A DNA stretch of 64,000 nucleotides, from positions 2,560,001-2,624,000 of the forward strand of contig OZ244991.1 in NCBI GenBank assembly GCA_965223335.1, given 5' to 3'. Shown here piece by piece: positions 59,322-64,000 of this stretch. This stretch comes from Thermodesulfobacteriota bacterium. Lineage in GTDB: Bacteria > Desulfobacterota_D > UBA1144 > Nemesobacterales > UBA2774. Both the position numbers and the translations under genes were made by a program. The notes under the pieces were generated by a model. That model saw only the letters and a program-made list of their open reading frames with translations. It was not told the origin of the DNA and made no database searches. Every line of letters begins with the position of its first letter. The first letter of the stretch is position 1.

Positions 59322-60581
59322 CTATAGAAATGCCGGCAGGTTCTCTTTAGAAACAAGGTCGTCGTAGGTCTCGCGCTCCCTGATCAGTGAATGGTCATTA
59401 CCCTTAACCAGTATCTCGGCTGCACGCGGCCTAGTGTTGTAGTTAGAGGCCATTACAAACCCATATGCCCCTGCGCTAAATACGGCTAGAATATCCCCTG
59501 CCATTACCTCGGGCAGCGCCCGTTCTTTAGCCAAAAAGTCCCCCGACTCGCATATGGGACCTACCACATCCACAGTCTCGGCCCGAGAGTCTGTCTGGGC
59601 CACTGGCATTATCTCATGATACGAGTCATAAAACGCGGGCCTAATCAAATCATTCATAGCAGCATCTACTATAACGAATTTCTTCTCGGTCCCCTCTTTT
59701 ACGAAATTCACCGTAGTCAGCATTACCCCTGCGTTCCCCATAAGTGATCGGCCCGGCTCAAGCACCAGCTTATAAGGTCTGCTTCCAATCTCGCTCATGA
59801 TCAAATCCGCATACTCGGATAGTAATGGCGGGGTATCATCCCTGCGATAGTTTATGCCGATTCCCCCTCCGATATCTATATATTTGATACCTATGCCGGC
59901 TTCTGAAAGCTTATCGGCCAGCACAAGGAGTTTCTCCAACGAATCTATGAAGGGTTCTAGCTCGAATATTTGCGAGCCTATATGTGCGTCAAGGGCCACA
60001 ATCTCGACCCCTTCCATTTTGGATGCTTCCCGATAGACCTGCTCGGCCCGCTCAATCTCTATGCCGAACTTACTCTCTTTAAACCCCGTAGATATATAGG
60101 GATGTGTGTTGGCATCTATATCCGGGTTTACACGAAGCGCTATAGGAGCCTTTTTGCCTATCCCCGCTCCGACCTTATTTAGTAGGTGAAGCTCTTCCTC
60201 CGACTCCACATTAAAAAAAAGTATCCCCGCTTCTATCGCGTCCGCCATCTCCTGCGCTGTTTTACCCACTCCCGAGAACACCACCATGGACAGCTCGCCC
60301 CCGGCCATCTTAACCCGTCTCAGCTCCCCACCCGATACAATATCGAACCCGGAGCCGAGATCACTAAAAGCCTTCAGTATAGCTATGTTCGAGTTGGCCT
60401 TGACGGAGTAGCAGATAAGTGCACCGGTGTCACGAAAGGCCTCATCATATGACTGGAAACTCTTTTTTAGAAAACCGTAGCTGTACACATAGCACGGTGT
60501 GCCGTAAGTCTTGGCAATCTCGTTCATCGAGACATCTTCTATATATAGCTGGCCGTCTCTGTATCCGTACACTTCGTCCAT
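59322..60581 (-). CDS. lysA: Diaminopimelate decarboxylase
   Basis: YSVKANSN, SKFG, HIGSQ, EPGR, GPICESGD, GAYG..MASNYN. Confidence 0.96.
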   Translation of the reverse strand: MDEVYGYRDGQLYIEDVSMNEIAKTYGTPCYVYSYGFLKKSFQSYDEAFRDTGALICYSVKANSNIAILKAFSDLGSGFDIVSGGELRRVKMAGGELSMVVFSGVGKTAQEMADAIEAGILFFNVESEEELHLLNKVGAGIGKKAPIALRVNPDIDANTHPYISTGFKESKFGIEIERAEQVYREASKMEGVEIVALDAHIGSQIFELEPFIDSLEKLLVLADKLSEAGIGIKYIDIGGGIGINYRRDDTPPLLSEYADLIMSEIGSRPYKLVLEPGRSLMGNAGVMLTTVNFVKEGTEKKFVIVDAAMNDLIRPAFYDSYHEIMPVAQTDSRAETVDVVGPICESGDFLAKERALPEVMAGDILAVFSAGAYGFVMASNYNTRPRAAEILVKGNDHSLIRERETYDDLVSKENLPAFL

Positions 60582-60687
60582 TTATTAACACTCCTACAAT
60601 TAATTAGACCATAATGTACATTAATTTCACAAAATGAGAATAAACCGGGATTGTAAAGTTACAAGTAAATGTTAGTTGTTACAAGTC

Positions 60688-60726
60688 AAAAAAAGACCGG
60701 GCTCTAGTTACTAAAACCCGGTCTTT
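60688..60726 (-). terminator. Intrinsic terminator downstream of the lipoprotein gene
   Basis: AAAGACCGGG...CCCGGTCTTT with A7 run on plus strand (U-tract on minus). Confidence 0.75.
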
Positions 60727-60793
60727 GTAATTTTAATCCGCGGCACTATAAATTCGGATTATGGTTAAGAACTATTCATCAGTTAAATCTTCC

Positions 60794-61369
60794 TCAATTG
60801 AGGTCTTTATCCGGCCAGTATTTAGACGCCCCAAAGTTTGCTCTCAGCGCTATTCCCGATTCCGTAAGCTGAAAAACCAATACATCTGAATCAAGAGCAA
60901 CTTCCCCTGTCACAGCTTCGCCTTCATCCTTATACTTAGCGGCAGCATCACCCTGCACTCCCATGTTCCATCCATTAGCCCAGAAATCATAGAACTTCTG
61001 CTTGCTGTTAAACACAACGACCTCGCGAAAGTCCTTTAAGGCCACACCCAGCCCCACTCCTGCCTCAGCCATTCTCATGTAAGTTTTATCGCCATTCGAG
61101 TTGTCTATGAGCACACCGTAACCGTTACCAGTACCTACTAACAATAATTGAGTGTTTATATTGCTGAAAACCCCATACCCCGCAGCATTCTGTATGAGCT
61201 CTCTAGCCCAAGGTTTATCAGCGTAGAGATCCTGCAAAGTACTCTGCTTCATTTGAAGTACGAAGTCTCTTTTTTCTTGCGGTGTGTCGCCCTGGGGCCT
61301 TGCACAATTCACAACAAAAAGCATCCCACACCCGAACACCATCAATATCAAAACATTAAGATGTTTCAT
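60794..61369 (-). CDS. Ysc84/SYLF-related lipoprotein
   Basis: Lipobox VVNC; AAGYGVFSN, G.GYGV, TYMRMAEAGVGLG, VFQLTESG, KYW.DKDLN. Confidence 0.8.
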   Translation of the reverse strand: MKHLNVLILMVFGCGMLFVVNCARPQGDTPQEKRDFVLQMKQSTLQDLYADKPWARELIQNAAGYGVFSNINTQLLLVGTGNGYGVLIDNSNGDKTYMRMAEAGVGLGVALKDFREVVVFNSKQKFYDFWANGWNMGVQGDAAAKYKDEGEAVTGEVALDSDVLVFQLTESGIALRANFGASKYWPDKDLN

Positions 61370-61588
61370 AATCCCCTCCTCAAGAACCACTTGTTTATTA
61401 GACAGATTCAACACGGTACCACAATACTAACAAGTTAACAACAATACTATTGAACCTTATAATACTACATCGTAAGCCTATGACAATTGTAACATGAGAG
61501 CATAGATCACACGAAAAAAATACTGCGAATCAGACCTATTCCGTATTCATATACCACTTTAAGTATAAGGTGTTATACATTATCATAA

Positions 61589-62182
61589 CTAGACATTATT
61601 ACCCAGATATCTTTCGAGATGATCAATCCTATCGTTTCCCCAGTACATCTTATCATCCACAAAAAAAGTAGGTGCTCCAAACACTCCCCTGCTCACTGCC
61701 TCCGATGTACTCTGCCTGAGCTTGTCTTTGATTTCCTGCTCTGCAATCCTACCGAGGAACCACTCAGTATCGATACCCAGTTCCTTGAGTGCGGGGATGA
61801 ATACCTCATCCTGGTTTATGTCTTTGCCCTCCTGCCAGTAGAGGTCAAACAACCTGTGCGAATACTCAGCAATCTTATTTAGCTCGGCTGCAGCAAATGC
61901 ACCCCTCATCCCCTTTACACTGTGGAGTGGAAAGAGCTCCGGAAAGTTAAAATCAATACCGTATATTTTTGCACAGTTCGCTGTATCGGTTTTTATATAC
62001 TCAAACTTGTTATGGATCTCTATAGCCGGCACAAAACCGACTTCATTGAATACACCGCCCAGCAAAAAAGGTCGCCACTCAAGCGCTGCCCCATTGCGCT
62101 CACAGACCCCTTCTATCCTCTTTGAGGCCAAGTATGTATATGGGCTGCTAAAATCATAAAAGAATTCGACCGTTTTCGACAT
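61589..62182 (-). CDS. DsbA-like 2-hydroxychromene-2-carboxylate isomerase / GST-kappa family
   Basis: FFYDFSSPYTYLA, WRPFLLGG, GVFGAPTF, YWGNDR. Confidence 0.92.
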   Translation of the reverse strand: MSKTVEFFYDFSSPYTYLASKRIEGVCERNGAALEWRPFLLGGVFNEVGFVPAIEIHNKFEYIKTDTANCAKIYGIDFNFPELFPLHSVKGMRGAFAAAELNKIAEYSHRLFDLYWQEGKDINQDEVFIPALKELGIDTEWFLGRIAEQEIKDKLRQSTSEAVSRGVFGAPTFFVDDKMYWGNDRIDHLERYLGNNV

Positions 62183-62438
62183 TGCTTGCTCCTTTAGGTT
62201 TGTTCAATGGATTATAAGGAATGCTATAACTTAGATCAAGTAAATGATCTCTGTCCAGAACATCAATTTTGAGCGGCACAAAACAACGGTTTCAAAATTA
62301 AGGAATAAATGATATCTTAAGTGGCAAGTCGTCTTATTAATATTGTAATTCTGAGAATTTTTACTTGTATGCTCACGCCAACTGAATATAATTAGTATGC
62401 GCACAAAATGTATTAATCATTATAATTAATCATATAAC

Positions 62439-64000
62439 ATGAGTAAACATGATTTAAACGGTCTTCATGTTACCTCATTCGAGAGCAGAAGGGCCAAGGA
62501 AATAGAAAAGCTCATCAAGTATCACGGTGGTGTACCGCGCGTGGCACCCTCGATGCGCGAGGTTCCGCTCTCTGAATCCACCGAGGCCATAGAGTTTGGG
62601 ACCAAGCTTATAGAAGGCAATATCGACATTGTGGTGTTTTTTACAGGTGTCGGCACCCGTGCACTCAGAGACGCAGTAATTACAAAGTACCCCGAGGAAG
62701 AATTCTCTGAAGCGCTTAAAAAAGTGACAATTGTTGCCAGGGGCCCAAAACCAGTCTCAGCTCTGCGAGAGATGGGGCTTAACCCGAACATAATGGTGCC
62801 CGAGCCCAACACTTGGCGCGATGTTTTAAGCGCCATAGATCTGGTCATCAACATCGAGAATAAACGAGTGGCAGTGCAAGAGTACGGCATCACCAACGAG
62901 GAGTTCCTCGAGGGACTCAAATCCCGAGGCGCCGATGTCCTACCCGTTCCGGTCTATAAATGGGAGATGCCCGAAGACCTGACACCCCTTACAGATGCCA
63001 TAGAATCCATTAGCAAAGGGAACGAAGACATAGCACTGTTTACGAGCTCTCAACAGGTTTACAACCTATTTCAAGTAGCCAAGGATCATAACATGGAAGA
63101 GGAGCTTCGAGCCGGGTTTAAAGATGTGTTGATCGGCTCAGTCGGCCCCACGACCACCGAAGCCCTATCCCGCTTTAACCTTAGCACCGATTACGAGCCC
63201 AACAGCCCAAAGATGGGGAATCTGCTGCTGGAAATTGCTCGTACCGGCCCCGGGCTGCTCAACAAAAAACGGATTGCCCATACCAATAATATCGACACCT
63301 CGAACTGGCGACGTGTGGATATGGAGTGGACCAACAACACCAAGAAGTCTAGAAAGGACATAACGAAAGACTCCGTGTTTATGAAGGCCTGCCGCAGAGA
63401 AGAGGTGCCCTACACACCTGTTTGGCTCATGCGTCAAGCAGGCAGGTACATGAGGGAGTACCGAGATATACGCTCGAGGGTGTCGTTCCTCGAGCTTTGC
63501 AAGACCCCCGAGCTCGCTGCCGAGGTCACAATAAGCGCAGCCGAGAGGATTAAAGCCGACGCAGCAATAATATTTGCCGATATCCTACTGATCCTAGAAC
63601 CACTGGGGATAGATATAGAGTTCTCAAAGGGCCAAGGCCCCAAGATCTTAAACCCCATCACGGGCACGATCGACGTCGAGAACCTGATAGAGTTCGACCC
63701 CGAGGCCCTAGATTATGTTTATAACTCATTAAGTATCACTCGCAGGGCACTAAATCCCGAGACTGCACTTATAGGTTTTGCAGGGGCACCGTTTACAATA
63801 GCATCCTATGCCATTGAGGGCGGGGGCTCGCGCAACTATGTTAATACCAAGACACTGATGTATAACGACCCGAGTGCATGGCACCAACTCATGACGAAAC
63901 TCACCGAGGCCACAGCCCAGTACCTAAACACTCAGATAAAAGCAGGCGCCGATGCTCTCCAGCTATTTGACAGTTGGGTCGGGTCCTTATCCCCCGATGA
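62439..64000 (+). CDS. hemE: Fused uroporphyrinogen-III synthase (HemD) - uroporphyrinogen decarboxylase (HemE), runs off window end
   Basis: Hand translation: SFESRRAKE, APSMREVPL, ARGPKP, VQEYG, VYKW, SVGP (HemD), then in frame without stop PVWLMRQAGRY, AAIIFADIL, IGFAGAPFT (HemE); absent from ORF track. Confidence 0.93.
   Translation, partial: MSKHDLNGLHVTSFESRRAKEIEKLIKYHGGVPRVAPSMREVPLSESTEAIEFGTKLIEGNIDIVVFFTGVGTRALRDAVITKYPEEEFSEALKKVTIVARGPKPVSALREMGLNPNIMVPEPNTWRDVLSAIDLVINIENKRVAVQEYGITNEEFLEGLKSRGADVLPVPVYKWEMPEDLTPLTDAIESISKGNEDIALFTSSQQVYNLFQVAKDHNMEEELRAGFKDVLIGSVGPTTTEALSRFNLSTDYEPNSPKMGNLLLEIARTGPGLLNKKRIAHTNNIDTSNWRRVDMEWTNNTKKSRKDITKDSVFMKACRREEVPYTPVWLMRQAGRYMREYRDIRSRVSFLELCKTPELAAEVTISAAERIKADAAIIFADILLILEPLGIDIEFSKGQGPKILNPITGTIDVENLIEFDPEALDYVYNSLSITRRALNPETALIGFAGAPFTIASYAIEGGGSRNYVNTKTLMYNDPSAWHQLMTKLTEATAQYLNTQIKAGADALQLFDSWVGSLSPD

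Overview
Bacterial chromosomal window of moderate GC with many Cys-rich lipoproteins. The gene content is reminiscent of a deltaproteobacteria-like lineage such as Ca. Dadabacteria, but that is an impression only. The left ~49 kb is accessory-rich. (i) A TetR-controlled five-gene operon (membrane protein, sterol-desaturase-family enzyme, GH3 acyl-acid amido synthetase, enolase-superfamily enzyme, SAM methyltransferase) that looks like an uncharacterised small-molecule pathway. (ii) A CarH/LitR B12-photoreceptor gene with 11-bp-phased operator repeats, divergent from fasciclin, an RpoD/RpoS-like sigma factor, an NAD(P)-binding DUF2867 protein and a photolyase. (iii) A 98-aa ORF ending in RSPP (arrest-peptide-like) directly upstream of trkH. 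(iv) A three-gene uptake cassette bracketed by a duplicated glycoside hydrolase 3' end. (v) dacA-mgtE and a rimK operon. (vi) An ~8.6-kb island at the tRNA-His 3' end (24-bp direct repeat, serine-recombinase remnant outside it) carrying a sigma54 module, a TonB-dependent receptor and a STAND-type nucleotide cyclase. (vii) tRNA-His/Arg/Pro and a promoter-terminator-bounded sRNA/leader candidate. The right ~15 kb is mostly housekeeping (msrA, tricorn protease, ddl, thiolase, lysA) plus a Pur-alpha-like protein and an in-frame HemD-HemE fusion running off the end. No CRISPR array, rRNA or intact integrase/transposase was seen. All family calls come from motif recognition, not database searches.
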